From: Camelus ferus | Taxonomy: Eukaryota | Assembly: GCF_009834535.1 (NCBI RefSeq) | Contig: NC_045697.1 | Coordinates: 30,630,001-30,694,000 of the forward strand | DNA length: 64,000 nucleotides | Direction of reading: 5' to 3' | In this document: positions 32,101-46,460 of the stretch, one piece after another | Position numbering within the stretch: position 1 is the stretch's first letter | Layout: each line of letters starts with the position of its first letter | Notes under the pieces: generated by a model | The model's database searches: none | Told to the model about the DNA's origin: nothing | What the model saw: the letters and a program-made list of their open reading frames with translations, nothing else | Made by a program: the position numbers and the translations under genes

Positions 32101-33789
32101 CCTCAGCTGTAAAGTGGATTGTAAGAATTAAACCAACAACGTTTATAAAGTGGCTGCTTTTATTACTAACACTGATTATTATACAAGCGGTCCCCTCCCC
32201 ATTTTAATTTTCACATTCCCTCAAACACTCTCGTCTTATGTTCTTTTTAGTGATCTCTCCCAAGAGTTTCAAGAAAGGAAATTTTTATCACAACATCAGA
32301 TTAAGTGTCAGTTTATAAATGTCATGGTTTTCATCACATTAACATCACAGTATATGCTCGTCTCAGGACTGAAACTGACCAAGTAACTGCACACTCATAA
32401 ATTGCCATTCGCCTCAGTTTGCTAATTTAGGGAATGGAGATAAATGATTTTTTTTCCATAAAAATTATTAAGGCCTGTAAGGGCACAATATATTAACTTG
32501 GAAATAGGAAAATCATTCAGAAAACACTGCTATAAAACTTCAATTTTTTTTCCTGGGGGTGGGGGCAGCAAGATAAATTAGTACAAATACAAGAGGGGTT
32601 AAGAGTTAATGTTAATAACAACAAAAAAGTAAGCAGTGATTATTAAGTGTCTCGATAAAATTTTACATAAGAATTTTCTAAGCTTAAAAACAGTGAAAAA
32701 CATATAAAAAGAAACGCTTTGAAGAACTGATTCATGAAAATGTAGACGTTCCACATGTTCAAGAAGAACGTAACCAAAAAGGAAATGATAACTAAGAACC
32801 TGGGAAGACGGCTGCCAGAAGTATATGAAATTCTGAGTTAATATCTGATTATAAAACTAGACCACTTATTTTCCTAAGAATAGCTGGGGTCTCAGTAGAT
32901 AGGCAAACGACCTGAGAAGGAAATTCACAAAAGCAGCAGCAAGCAGTCAGTGACACGGAAGGGTGTTGAGCCTCTCTGTGGTCACAGAAACATTACCAAA
33001 ATACATCAGATTTAAATAACTCATGATCACACTTCAGAGGGGAGAAAGGTATGGCAAAACAGCTGTGTGGAGTAATTTCCAAGTCCCATCAGAAACGTCC
33101 TCGCCTTTGGGAAAGGTAATTGACGTGTGCATCAGGAACGCAAATACTCATTCCCATTAATGTAACCATTCACTTTCCAGAACTCTGTTGAAATCTTGTA
33201 CAGCTTTTGCACATAGGTTAGTACCTCATGAAACTCTTCTGTGGTCACTAGTCCTGAAAGCACTCTCCCCCAAAAGTGAGTCACGGCCCAAGACTTAGTA
33301 ACGGTATAAACCAACCACAGAAGCCTCCTCCCTCCTGGAGAGTCAGGGCGGAGAAGCAATATTAAGGCTCTGAGACATCACAATAGAGAAGCCTACTGAA
33401 CAGTTTTGTAAACCAAGGTTTCCAAAATGTATTTATCGACCATGGTACGCTTCGTCCCATATACTGCTTACTAACATCCCATGGAACTAATTTTGGGGAA
33501 TGCAAATATGCATTGTGGTTTTATTAAAATAGTAAGACACTGGTGAAAACTAACAGGAAAAAACGATGTGACTGCCTAAGTAAATGTAGGTCTATGTGAG
33601 AATATTATCTAAGCTATTAAAGATGCTGTTCACAGAATGTAATTATTAGGAAGCTGATTGTCTGGAAGAGTCCTGAGTAATGGGGAAGGTGGGATACCCG
33701 GCACTCTCTCAGGGACCTCCCGTCGTCACATGGACACACTCCCTGGGAGGGTTGGTGGTCTCTGTTACCTACGTGGGGACCAGTCATAG

Positions 33790-34635
33790 TCTCCGCTGTG
33801 GCTCAGATATCTTGCCTGTGTTTCAAACACAGACTGTCCAGCTCTGAACCTGAATGTCACACAGGCACTTCAAACTGAATACATCCCCAACCGAACACAC
33901 ACTGTCTTCCTCCCAGACCTGCTCCTCCTTTTTGCAGGCTCTTCAGGGAGTTGGCTTCATCGCCACCATCTGAGACAGAAAGCTGGGCTCTGTCCTTGAA
34001 CGATTTCTTTATACCACACCCCACACATCACCAGGTTCTGTTGCGCTTTAGTGTCTTCAGACCTGTCTACTTCCTGCTCGCCCTGCAGCCACCATTCCAG
34101 TCCACATCCTGCCTGCCCTCCTGGTAGCCTCCTGCGTGGACTCGCTGCCTCCAGCCAGTCCCCACGCTGTGGCCAGAGGGATGTCTTCAGTGTGCAAATC
34201 GGATCTGAGCAGTTTCTGAATTAAACCCTTGGAATGGCTTCATACCACGTACACCCTCTGGACAGAGTACAGAAATCCTTAATATGACTTCATGACCTTT
34301 CCTACCTGACTTCAGATGGCTTCCCCCATCTCCTCTCTCAAGCCAGCCCATCTCTAGCTACACAATGTGCTTTAGCTCCTGGAATGCGCCCAGGCTTCCT
34401 CTCATGCTCGGGCGCTTGTCTCTGGGACTCTTGTTCACATCAGAGGTCACCTCCTTCCTTAGACTTGGGTAGCTGACTTGACTCTGTGCTTCCCTTTCGG
34501 TGGTTAACTGTTACCCATTTTCTAGTTACAGACTATTATCCCTGTAAGAAGAAGAAACAGCTCTTGATTTATTTCAAAACCCAAGTGCTTAACCACCAAG
34601 CAGGTGTTCAATAAACAACTGTTGAATAAATAAGT
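33790..34635 (+). repeat. L2 LINE fragment
   Basis: cacaggcacttcaaactgaatacatcccc...ctcgctgcctccag...caggtgttcaataaacaactgttgaataaat, an L2 body and 3' end. Boundaries are approximate. Confidence 0.6.
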
Positions 34636-35271
34636 CCTTACAACCTAGTGTTTAGAAATATTAAAAGTCAAAGAACATCAGAGCCTTGGGACTATGCTCC
34701 TGAGATGCTGCTTGGTTTTTTTTGTGTTTGGTGGGGGAGTTAATCCTGGGAGCAGTTATAACTGGATATTTATGTGATCTGGGGAGAGAGTGGAGGGGCC
34801 TGATGCAACTCCATAACCATCCTTTTCCAATGTACACTGTCTTTTCTGTTACAAAAGCTGACTGACACACATTAAAAGCTAAGTATGTCAAACTACCTTC
34901 CCCATTCCCCTTTTGAATCAACAGACATATTTCGGTAAATCCAGGGAAAGCATGATAACTGTAAGAAACAATTTTTTTTTTAGAGGGGGGAGAAGGGATG
35001 TAGAATGGGCAGGAAGAGAAGGAAGGTTTCCTACCAGCATTAATGAAGACTTTTCTTAACTACACAGCATGAATATTTTGCTATGTTACATAAAAAGAAG
35101 AATATAAAATCCTAGTCTTTCCCATCTCAGCAAGTATAAATTTTATCCTTCCAGCTTGGCTCTGGCCAAAAAACTCACAAGTTATTCTTGCTTTCCCTGC
35201 TCTTCTCTCAGACTGCACTTCCAACCCACTGGCAAATCTGATCCACTCTGCTTAAAAAAAATCCTCAGCAT

Positions 35272-35750
35272 CAATGCTCACAGCGGTATTATTCACAATG
35301 ACCAAAAGGTGGAAACATCACCAGCAGACGAATGGATAAATCAAATGTGGCTCATACATATAACGTGGTATCACCCAGTCTCAAAAAGCAATGAGATTCT
35401 GACACACGCTACAGCACAGATGAACCCTGAGGACATTATACTAAGGGAAATAAGCCAGATACTAAAGGACAAATACTATATGATTCCATTCACAAGAGGT
35501 ACCTGGAGTCATCAAATTCAGAGACACAAAGTAGACTCTTGGCAGCCAGGGGTCATGGGGGAAGCAGTAAAGGCGAGTTATTATTTAACGGGTCCAGAGT
35601 TTCAGATGGGGAAGATAAAAAAATTCTGAAGATGGATGGTGGTGATGGTTGCACCACTTTATGTACTTAGTAACAGTGAACTGTATACTTAAGACGATAA
35701 ACAGTAAGTTATATACGTCTTGTCAAACAAGAAAATTTAAAAATTTAAAA
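35272..35750 (+). mobile_element. Old L1 (L1MB-like) 3' end nested in an L2
   Basis: gcggtattattcacaatgaccaaaaggtggaaac...gaatggataaa...gaaccctgaggacattatactaagggaaataagccag. L2-like sequence flanks it on both sides (about 35110-35270 and 35760-36445). Confidence 0.8.
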
Positions 35751-36445
35751 GATTCTAAAGGAACAACACCCTTCTCCTTAAATTCAGACTCTACCCACAT
35801 CATAGTCCCTCCTCCCTGGCCTAAGGTCCCGCCATTTCTCATCTGGATCCCCCAACAGCCTTATCACGTGTCCACTTACCTTCCCCTGACCCTGTTCCAC
35901 AGCATTCTGCTCTCAACAGAGCACTCAAAGCAACACTGAAACAGCCAGACTGTGGCTCCCCTGCTCAGCCCTCCAGGGACCCGGGGTACAAGTGAGTCTC
36001 TACAGTTGTCTCCTGGCCCCACACCCATCTCTCCAGCTCTTTACTGCTCCCTCCCTCCCTCCCTCCCTTGTTCTGCTTCCACTCTCTGGTCTCCCCAGCA
36101 TCTCAGCACTTGTCTGTTTCTCCTGCCTGCAGTCCTCTCCCTCTAGACAGCCGCAGGTCCTGCTCACCCCACTTCGGGTCTGCTCAAAGGCCATCTTCCC
36201 AGTGATTCTCACGGCCACACCGCATACAACATCACGCGCTCCCACTTCAGTGCTTTTGGTCCCCTTCCCTGCACTCCCGTTCTCCACGGCACTTACCATC
36301 CTTGTGCTCTAGTATAAACACTTCGTTTTTCTCTCTTTCTTCTCAAGAATGTAAGCTCCTGAGGGCAGGCCTTTTCTTTTCTGTTCACTGTCATAGCCCC
36401 AGAAACTAGAATAGTCCTTTGGATATATTTGTTGAAAGAATAGAA

Positions 36446-36570
36446 TGAAAAAGAATATGAAAAGGAATATATATATATGTATAACTGAATCACTATGCTG
36501 TACACCAGAAATGAACATAGCATTGTAAACCGACTATTCTTCAATAGAAAAAAAATTTAAAAAATAATAA
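36446..36570 (+). mobile_element. Short L1 3' fragment (artiodactyl-type)
   Basis: gaatatatatatatgtataactgaatcactatgctgtacaccagaaatgaac...gactattcttcaata plus an A-rich tail. Confidence 0.75.
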
Positions 36571-39500
36571 ATTATCTAATCAAAGATAAGCACACAAATT
36601 AAAGGCAGAAAAAGACTGGACTGATACGTTAGGAGGGATTACCTTTGGATAGCGAGGTTGTTTTTTCCTTCTATTTTTCCTTTTTTCCCAAAAGTTTATT
36701 TAATGACTATGAGTTAACCATATAATTGAGAATTTTTTTTATTATGAATTTTATCTAAAAAGGCAAAACCATCAGTTTTTACTGATGTGAGAGGCACTCC
36801 GGGGAAGAAGCCAAGGCTGCAGCTAGCCTAGCAGTGGATGGGAGTGCTTCAAGGTCGCTCGGATAAGGGAGGGGACGGTGTCTAGGATCAGTTTCCTCCT
36901 CCCGGGTCACCAGGTGAATTAGAAGGTGAGGAACACATAAGAGTTTAGGGAAATACTGTGTCTTGACACGTTTGTCACAACGGGCATTTCAGAGCTGTGA
37001 GGCATTTGAGGGGACAGATCCTCAATGGTATCCATCTAAATGGTCAAGCTAAATGGTTATAATAAAGCTGCTATTTTCAGTCACACACTGACCGCTTTTT
37101 CTGCATTTAGAATGACTTTCCTAGGCTAGATCACAACCACAGGGAGAAGATGTGTTTCTTTTTCTTTTCCCCTAAATGGTTCTTTAATTGAGAAGTCACG
37201 ATTCAACAGTGATTCTCTTATTCAGAGAACTGGGATGTATATTTACTCAATTTGGTTTTTAAATCTTTCTCCTTTTGGTCGAATTTTCTAGTTTTCTTCC
37301 TATTAACCACACACATATCTGGCTGAAGTCTCTCCTGGCTGTGGCTGTGAATGAGGATTTTCAATTTTCTTTGTGGAGGACGGCTATTTATCTTTGAAAA
37401 TTTAGGGCTGTTCCAAGGGAGTTAGCAAGTTTTGGAGAAAACTCTGAAAGTTTATATTACAAAAAGCTTATATATTCTATTACGTGCCTCTTAGGATTTG
37501 GTTGGCTGTGGTGTCAGATTCAAGAGTTTCACTGTTCTTTCTGGCTATGGTTTCTCTGAAATATCTTGGTAGAGCAACTCGATGGTCTCTATTGTAATGG
37601 GGTTTTGTGACCCTCAAAACTCACAGCTCCCACTTTTCTGTTTTTTTCAAAGCCATCTACTGAGTTATGAGATCACTTAACCTCTCCTGCCTCCTCTTAT
37701 GTTTCAGTTAACCCTTCTAGTCTCCTCTGGAAGCATCTTCTTTATGAGACCATTTTCATCAAAAGAAAAAAAAAATTCAGAGCTCAAATTCAGGTTTGTA
37801 GGTTTTGTTTCTTCTCATACAAACTGTCTGGATCTTTACAACCAAACTGGGGCTCTTTCCCCCTTACTGCTCCGTGATGCTGTATCAACTAAATGTTTCT
37901 TTGGAAAAGGTAGACTCTGCTACTGTATTTCAATTTCAGTCCTATTTCATCCAGCCTCAGTTGCCCGTACGGTATTTTCTCCTCCAGCTTCTCTTTGTCA
38001 GGAGCCTGGAGGAGCTGATCCACTGAACCTGAGATACAGCGATACGCTTCAATACCTTGAAAGCTGAAATCCACAAGGTTAACATCTACATTTTTATGGC
38101 AAAGTATCAATTTTTTTAAGCTACATCAAAATTGTGCCTTCTCCTGGCAACACAACCACTAATGTATGGAAACTTGAGATCACCTCATCAAAATCAACTC
38201 TGCTTTCAGATAATACTGTGTTGTTTGATTTCAAATTTGCAACGGTTTCTAGGAGTGTCTTTGTGCCCAAGGCCTGGGAAACACCGTGGTGCGACAGAAG
38301 TCTCTAAGTTGTGGGAGCCCTGTTCAGAAACTTCACCCTTTCTGTCTGAATTCATCATGGTGCCTGGGCGTGGGGCTGACCGCAGGGGTATGTAAGCATC
38401 ACTGGGTCAACACTAAGTGGTGAATTCACTAGTCTTGCACTTTAACCAGAGACAAATTTCAAGCTCATGTGAACTTTGGCTTGAAGAGGTGAATCTCCAC
38501 TGAAAGTCTTCAGTGGTTGCACATCTTGGGAAGTGAGGCTCAAAACTTCCCTCTGATAAAACCCAAAGACAGGAATGCACATGCCAAGTTCTATGTTCCA
38601 GGGCATATCACTGAGAAGGGTCTTTGATGTCTTATTTTAGCTCAATAGAATTCTTGCAAATTTTCAATTATATTATGATATATATTCATGCAAAGTATAA
38701 AAATGTTTTTCATCACTCACTAGTTTATTACTAGCATTTATCTATCATGTCCTCTGACTCAAACCTGTGCTCTATGGCCTCAGGTTCTTTCTGGAATACT
38801 ACGTACTTTCATAACGAAAAGTAATCTGCATGGCTTAAAGGAATGATGCTAATGACACTGGAGTAACTTTCCGTGACCTGGACTTTGCTAAACTTCTCAG
38901 TTCCAGCGCTCACCTTTCCCGCCGCCAGCAACCCCAGCCACCCTCCTTGCTTGGGCGGCTCGCCACTCGGAAAGCCCTTCTTTCTCTTGCCTTCCTCAAC
39001 AGCGTGGGAAATAGCAGTACCAAGAAATGTCTCTAAGCTCTGCAAATGATAGTCCGGAGGCTGAGTGCCCTGTCCTCTGCTAGCTGTGTGCATCCTGATT
39101 ATAATAATCAGTGCCATATTCTAACAATCTGTTGATCTGTTTACTCAGGACTCAAGCTGCTCAGAAGGACTTCCTTTTTTCAACTTTTGATCCACTGACA
39201 CCCAATATAGGTCCTGATGCACCGGCACTCCATGTATCTCAGTTGAGTTGAGCTGAACTGGGCTCTTACACAGTCTGAATGATTACTTTCTCTATAAAAA
39301 TAGACAGGGCAGAATATGCAGAAAATAACTAAGGAGAGGGTGTTTTGGATAAGCCCCGACGTTTGCAATTATTAGCAGAAGCTCTTGATTACTCAGAGAC
39401 AAAGAAAACCTTTGGCTTAGATTATCCCAAACAAACAAACATCGTAGAAAACATGAAAATTATCCCAGACAAAGAAAATCTTAGAAAATATGCAAATTAG

Positions 39501-40249
39501 ATGCCAGCTCACAGTGTTCACGTGCTTTCTCCCCCTTGGACATTTCTGGTGGTGGTGAGGAACTGAAGGAAGAGTGGTCCCCTGAGGGACTCAGGACCAA
39601 TATTCAATCTAGCTGTAGGATTCAAGAAATGACCTCTGCCTCTCCAGCCTCTGGCAAAGGGAGTAATGGGAAAATAAATGTTAAAAAGGATGTTTAGAGG
39701 AAAAGGAGGAAGAGCTAGTTGGAACTTAGACCAATCAGAAGCTAACTTTTTAAAAGTAAAATTTGACTATGTATCAACATATATTGAGAGGTAAACATGT
39801 AAAATAGTCTTTCTAAAAAAGAATCAAGAGCACTAGAAAATGTATGGCTCTGAAAGTTTGTTTTCCAGGGATGTAGTTCCCAGAATAGTAAAAATAATTA
39901 AGAACAGAATTTGTTTTGCTTTGTTTTATTTTAATTTTATTGTGCTAGTTAAAAAATTTGAAAGTACCAGAAAAATGAGGACAAAATTAGTAACAAAATA
40001 TTCTTTTCATTATGAGAAATATAATTCAGAAATGTTCTGATGTTACTGGAGAAATTGTGTAAGACAGGGGACCTTATCTCAATGCTCAGTATGCTTACCT
40101 GTTGTACCATTCTATAATTTTTATAATTTTGTATGGCTCTGTATTTTTTCTTCTTAAAAACCATCTCATAAAGCATCAATTGTTTGATTACTAGTAATTC
40201 AATCTGTGAAACACAATGACCTATATTTCAGACTGCAGGATTTTTTTCC

Positions 40250-40410
40250 TTTAAAAATTTATTTTCCAGCTTTATTGAGATATACTTGACATACAACCTT
40301 AGGTAAGTTTAAGGTGTGCAATGTGTTGATTTGATACCTTTATATATTGCAAAATGATTACTGCCATCACATTAACTAACACCACCATTCCATCACCTAA
40401 TTACCATCCA
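40250..40410 (-). mobile_element. L1 3' end fragment (L1MA-like)
   Basis: ctttattgagatatacttgacatacaac...gtaagtttaaggtgtgcaatgtgttgatttgatac. Confidence 0.7.
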
Positions 40411-40519
40411 TTTTAGGAAGTTATATTTTAAAAACTCAAAACTTCAAAAGGTATTTACTTATGAAAAGACATATAAAAGCTGATATACGGATTATGTAGA
40501 AAAATGACTGACTTTCAAT

Positions 40520-40955
40520 GCAGAGACTTCTAGCTGTCCCCTCCCCGTATAGCTCCTCTCCCCTTCTCAGATGCAATCGATTGATTCTTGGCTGCACACG
40601 GTGTCCTCTAGCTCAGACTATATTTCTCTGGCTGTCTTACTACAGTGAGGTATGGCCATGTGACTAGCTTTTGGCCAACAAGAGCTAAGTGGAAATGTGG
40701 TGGGCAATGTCTAGGAAAGAACATCTAAGTGTTAATCTTCTTTCCTTTCTTGCTGGCTGGAATGTTGGTGAAATGGTTAGAGTCTAAGCAGCCATTTTGG
40801 ACTAGGAGTACACTAAGATTGGCAAATGCAGCAAAATAGAAGAAATCTGATCCTTGATGACTGTGCAGCTGCTACACTAGCTCTGGACTGTCTGCCTCCA
40901 CCAGACTTTTTCTTACATGAAAGAGAAATGTTTCTATTTGTTTAATCCACAGTGG
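40520..40955. mobile_element. MaLR solo LTR (MLT1-like)
   Basis: gtggccatgtgactagc-type motif, then gcagccattttggac...gatccttgatgac...tacatgaaagagaaatgtttctatttgtttaatccac. Confidence 0.65.
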
Positions 40956-41866
40956 CTTTTTTTTTAATATCAAAAAATATAACATAAAATCACTTGCTTT
41001 GCACGATACATGCTAGGGATCCTAAGTGATAAGTTGGAACCAAGCAGCTTCTGACCACTCATTGACCATCTCTTTTTATTACCATATCATGGAATGAAAG
41101 AATTGTGTCCAGTTATGAGCTTTACTGAGGCAGATGGCACAGTGACATTCACAGTTTCTTCTATCAGCATTTCTGACTGCTCCCTGGCGTGCAACTCAAA
41201 AGCAAGCTGTATTGGTCCTTTGAGCTAGAGTGCTGAGCTTGGAGGGGTGATCTGCTTTCTGCCCATCTTGCCAGCTCCAGCTTACAGCACTCCTTCACAC
41301 TCGCTCTGCTCCAGCTACACGGACTTTGTATTCCCTGAACCCACCAGGCTCACTCCTGCCTCAGTGCTTTGGCATGAGCTGTTCCTTCAGGCTTGAAATG
41401 CTCTTCTTCACACGAAGTACATCTGTATCACTTGAGTTTTGGCTTAACTATCCCTTCTTCAACAAGACCTTCCCAGAGCAGCCATTACAGTCCAGTCCCT
41501 TATCATATCATCCTATTTTCCTCCTACCACTTTATGAAATTATCTTTAGTGGTTCATCCTTTAGTCATTTGTTAACTGATTTAGTGACTATGCCTCCTTC
41601 CCACTTCCTGGTCCCTGAACACTAATGGGGATCTTGCCCAATTAACCTGTTACCTAGACACAGCACCTAGACCGATGAAGCACTGGACACAGGATTATGG
41701 AATGAATGGATGTGAGAATGAATGATTCTAGACAACAGCCAAGGCCATACTAGGAGCAGCTGCATTCAGCATCCCATGCCATGCTCACTGCCACAGCACC
41801 TGGGGTGCCTCACATCACCCTACACATTTATGACATCAACAGCCCATCATTAAAAACTAGATCTTT

Positions 41867-41990
41867 GGGGGAGGGTATATATACCTCAGTGGTAGAGCAC
41901 AGAGCACAGGTTTAGCATGTATCAGGCCCTGGGTTCAACCCCCAGTACCTCCATTAAAAAAAAAAATCTAATTACCCACTCCCCAAAAAG
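41867..41990 (+). mobile_element. tRNA-derived SINE (camelid Vic-1-like)
   Basis: GGGGGAGGGTATATATACCTCAGTGGTAGAGCAC...CCCTGGGTTCAACCCCCAGTACCTCCATTAAAA...CTAATTACCC. Confidence 0.85.
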
Positions 41991-44235
41991 CAATTTATCA
42001 TTGAAAAAAATAAAGAATGAGATTTTAAAAATTATTTTTTCCAAAAAAGAAAAAAAAGGCGATCCTTAAGGGTAGTGACCAATTCGGTTCACCTCTGTGT
42101 CCTCCATAGCCTAACACAGAACCTGTAACGTACATACAATGGACACTCAATACATATTTGCTGTATTGTATGAAAAGGTGCTGTACTCACCAAAAGTAAG
42201 GCCAGCTCTCCTAGCGACTCTAAAGAGGCTCCAACTTTAAAGCCTTTAAAAGTGCCAGTGTCCAGATCTGCCATCCCATTTGTCATGCCCATGTCTCTCT
42301 TGGCTTCTCAGCATTTCTACAAGGCTTCTCCTTGTAGTGGCTATGCGGCCAGCTTCTTTAAGACCCATGGAGGTCTGTCTGTCTGTCTCATTTACAGTCA
42401 GGGGCCCAAGGACTGTGACCAGTGACAGGTTTTACTGGGTAAGATCCCAACCGTCGGCTCACGGAAGAACATCTGACAGCGTTTAGGGCAGCTGTTCCCT
42501 CCAGGCTACTTGACTAAACACAGTCAACTTGGATGCAACTCCTTCGTATCATAACACTGCCCCACCCCATCTGCAAGGGCTGGTCTTGCAACCAAAACAT
42601 ATGACACGCTATCCAGGTAATTAAAAGCTGAGAGATGAATAAGGGCTATTTCAGACCCGGAAATTCCTCTTATGTAAAGTGATTCATTATGTTGGTAAAA
42701 CGGGCAACAGCACAACTTAGGAAAAATCATATCACTAACGTAGTTTATTAATACCTTTCCTTCAGGGGTGACACTAAAGGCCTCAACCAAGATTTTTATT
42801 GTTTTTTCAGAGAGACTTTACAAACCTCAATCAAGAGATCTGAAATTCTGTAAAACATATGCTCGTTCCTTAACTTCAATTTCCTTCAGTAGTTTTATAG
42901 ATCCCTCAGGCCTGCGAGAGCAGAACCAGATGGCGCTTGGAAGGGTTTTACAGTGCGTGTCTGCAAAGCCATGACACACTGGAAAGTTCTGCCGATCCTA
43001 AGCTTCTGGTATTAATCGTGATATGAAATGACCCTTGATGTAGCTTGCTTTATATTTTGTAATCTGGTGTACTAATCACAGTGCCTAAATATTTTCTTCT
43101 GGAGACTTAAAAAATACCCCGTAACATCATCTAGCCGAGTCGGAAAAGCAGGCCAGCATATGTTTATATAACATAGCACTTCTCCCCAGGGCCTACCTTG
43201 CCCCATAAATTGTTGTACTGGTGTGAAAAAATACAAGTCAGGTCTGAACAACAACAAGAAAAGTCCTCCTCTTAAATCACAACCATATTTGCGAGAGGAG
43301 AGGAAGACAGCGACATATTTAAAGTTGCAGCCAAGCTTGTCACACTATTTTCTCTTTATTTTCCTTTCCTAAATAATTTCTTCCTGTTGCATTTTCTACC
43401 TTTGGAGAATCCACGCTCCCCCTAACCTGATGTCGTAATTCCTTTTTAGTAGTTAAATATTTCAGTCACTTGTGGTACAGGGACACTTGTTAATCATTAT
43501 CATTTGAATCATTATTACAGGCAAAGATGCAGAATTATGGTACTGGAAACAGAACTAAAGGAAGGAATGTTTCCCAACGGGAACACCCTGCCCACCAACT
43601 GAGAACAGCCCTCTCTGGCTGTGGCTGGAGTAACTGAAGTCTGCACTGAACTTTCAGACATTTGGGACACCGACTTCTGGTGACTTCAGGCATGCAGAAT
43701 GTACTAAAGGAAGGGGAAAGAAACAGTGTGTCGGTGTGGAAAGAACCCCCGATCAGTGATACAAGCAGCTGAGCAGAGCTGAAGATGGAAACATTATATG
43801 CAGATAATGAATGGCTTAGTTTATCAACCAGATGGAAGTAAATACTTTGACTGGGGCACTGACATGAAAAGGAATTGATACTTTTAATGTTAACAAGTCT
43901 GGGAGAAAAACGGAGAGGAATGAGAAGGTGAGAGAAGAAATGTAAAATGAACAGAGAACAGTGTGTATGGTAAGGGGATAACTGGCTGGGTTCCAACTGT
44001 GGCTCAGATACTTACAAGCTGTGTGACCTTGAGAAAGTGATTTAACCACTCTGTGTCAGTGAAATGTGTAATAGGAACAACCTCACAGTGCTGTATTAAA
44101 CGCTCACAGTGTTAAGTGAGCGAAGACATGAGAAATGCTTATGCTGGTGATTGGCCCTCAGTAAATGACGCCCTTTACCATCTGAGTGGCAACTGTACAT
44201 TCTCTGATGACGTGGGACGATTGGGTTTTCACTGG

Positions 44236-44301
44236 TATATATACACATACATATATATATATATACACATACATATATATATATATACACATATATATAT
44301 A
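44236..44301. repeat. (TA/CA)n microsatellite
   Basis: atatatacacatacatatatatat... Confidence 0.9.
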
Positions 44302-45689
44302 TTTAATGGGATGGATATTATATATGCTGGTTTTGCCATTAAGAAGACATGAAAGGCTAGAATATAAAGTCAGGTAGAATTTCTATTAACGTGTTGAGGG
44401 AGTCTGGTGGGTATTGAGAAGGAAGAATTAAAAACCCAGGCACTTTTAAAAAGAGATGCGAATGCTAACTTAGGGAAACTGATCAGGGCCCTGGGCATCC
44501 CAGGAAATAGCAGATAAATCAGGAAAATCAATGGAATGCAAGGAAAATGGCTGCAAGGAGAAAAGAAAGAGTTTCCATTTTGGAGTAGGGAACTGGCATG
44601 GGCCCTGAAGAGAAGGTGTTCAGGTCCTCAGGATGTGAGAACAAGCCAACAGGACACGAGAAGAAAGCCTGGGATGAATTCTCTGGGTCGTTTGCTATTT
44701 CTCTGCTTACCACAAAGGTCCCTGATACGGATTTACACAAAGCAAAGAATGCCTGGGATCAGACAGTGCCTCGAGAACACAGCAGGTGCACAGTAAATGC
44801 TGTTTCCCTTCCCCCTCCGTCTTGGTGAGCAAGGGTTTTCTTTCCAACACTACTGAGAGAAATGGCTGTCTTCAGATGGGGGCTGCAAAGATGAATCTAG
44901 AACATAAATTGGAAATAACTATAAAGTCCTGATCTATGTATGGATACGCATCCAAGCTGAATATAGACGCAGGAGACCAGTTCCTGTAAGCTGCCTAATT
45001 TGTGTAAAATTTGCACCCTGAGAGCCTGTTAACTGGAGCAGAAGAGTCTGTGCCCTCCAGCCTTGACGATGTTCCTTGGGAGAGAACACCGTGAAGGGAA
45101 GCCTGCAGGGAAACTGAATCTTAGGAGTTGGAAGGCAATGTCGCAGGTGTAGCCGAGTGAGGCTCTGCTAAGTACCACTAGTGGCTGATACTGGGGTTGG
45201 TTGAGTGAGACCAGCATCCTGCACTGCTGCTGGAAATCATTACTTCGTGGAAATCTCTAGATGTTAGGGAGACGTTCTTATCTGAGCTGAAATCTGCCTC
45301 TCTTTTACCTCTGCTCCACTGTTTCTCATTTGTTTGTTCAAAACAAACAAGCAAGGAAAGAAATTTACTTAACGATCATTTATTTGACACTCACTTAGGG
45401 GGCACTAGATGCCCGACACCGCTATATCTGAGTGAGTCAGTAAAGAGATGAAGGGCAGGGCACCCCTGAGGAGGAGGGAGTGCAAGCACCTGGCTCGTGG
45501 CTCAGGCGCGGAGGATGGACTGAGGAAGGACAAGACCTTGAAATGTCCACAGAGAGAAGAAACGTGGAGGAGGCAGTGCTGTCAGGAAAACAGAGATTCC
45601 CTCATCTACACAAATCCCCGAACACCTGCAAGGAGGGTTAGTCCCTTCGGACGTCTAATTTTCAGGTGCCACCTCAGGTTCCTCTGGAT

Positions 45690-46460
45690 AACTATGACCA
45701 GAGGAGCAGGTAGGGCAGGGTTTAAGGTAGCTGACCAGACAGCTCAGTCAAATCCTACCTCTGCCACTCAGCATATCAGTGGGGTAACAGATGAGTACTT
45801 AATTTCTCTGTGCCTCTGTCCCCTCATCTGTGAAATGGGCACGGTAACAAGTTTGCTGGGGGGGATCCAGTGAGTTGAGGACAAGCATGGCCTGACGACG
45901 GTCACGGCCAACACGATGGCGTCCGCCTTGACTGCTTCTCCTCTCACTCCTCGCATCCAGTCTGTCAGCAGATCCTATTGGCTCCACCTTCAAACTGGAT
46001 TCAGACTCTGACCACTCTCACCACTGCTGCCCTCCTGGCCCAAGTCACCGCCACCTCTGGCCTGGGTTATTGCAATAATCTCCACAGTGTCTCATAACAC
46101 GGCAGTTAGAATCCTGCTGCAGGAAACCTAAGTCAGATCACGACACCTGTCTCTCAAGCCCCTCCAATGCTCTTTGTCTCTCCGTGAGTAAAAGGCACAT
46201 GGCTCTGTGGGAAACACGGAGGAGATCCTGAGTCTCAGAGATCCTGACTCCCCTGGCCTGCTGTGTCTGTCTCTACAGCACTTACATTCGGCCATATATT
46301 TAACCCAATTGTTCTATTTGTCTGTCTCTTCCCAGTAGGAAAGTTGAGAAGGGCATGGGTTTTTGTATATTTTATTTGCAAATGAATCCACAGTGTCTAG
46401 AACAGTGTCTGACCCACAGAAGAATCTCAACAGCTGCCGAATCGCCTGGATGAATGCAGA
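45690..46460. repeat. MIR followed by an L2 fragment
   Basis: tcaaatcctacctctgccact...ctgtgcctctgtcccctcatctgtgaaatggg (MIR), then cctctcactcctcgcatccagtctgtcagcagatcctattggctccaccttcaaa...ggatgaatg (L2). Confidence 0.6.

Noticed and set aside
35156..35629. 157-aa ORF
   Set aside because: Read-through of an old L1 ORF2 end and 3' UTR with a non-ATG start.
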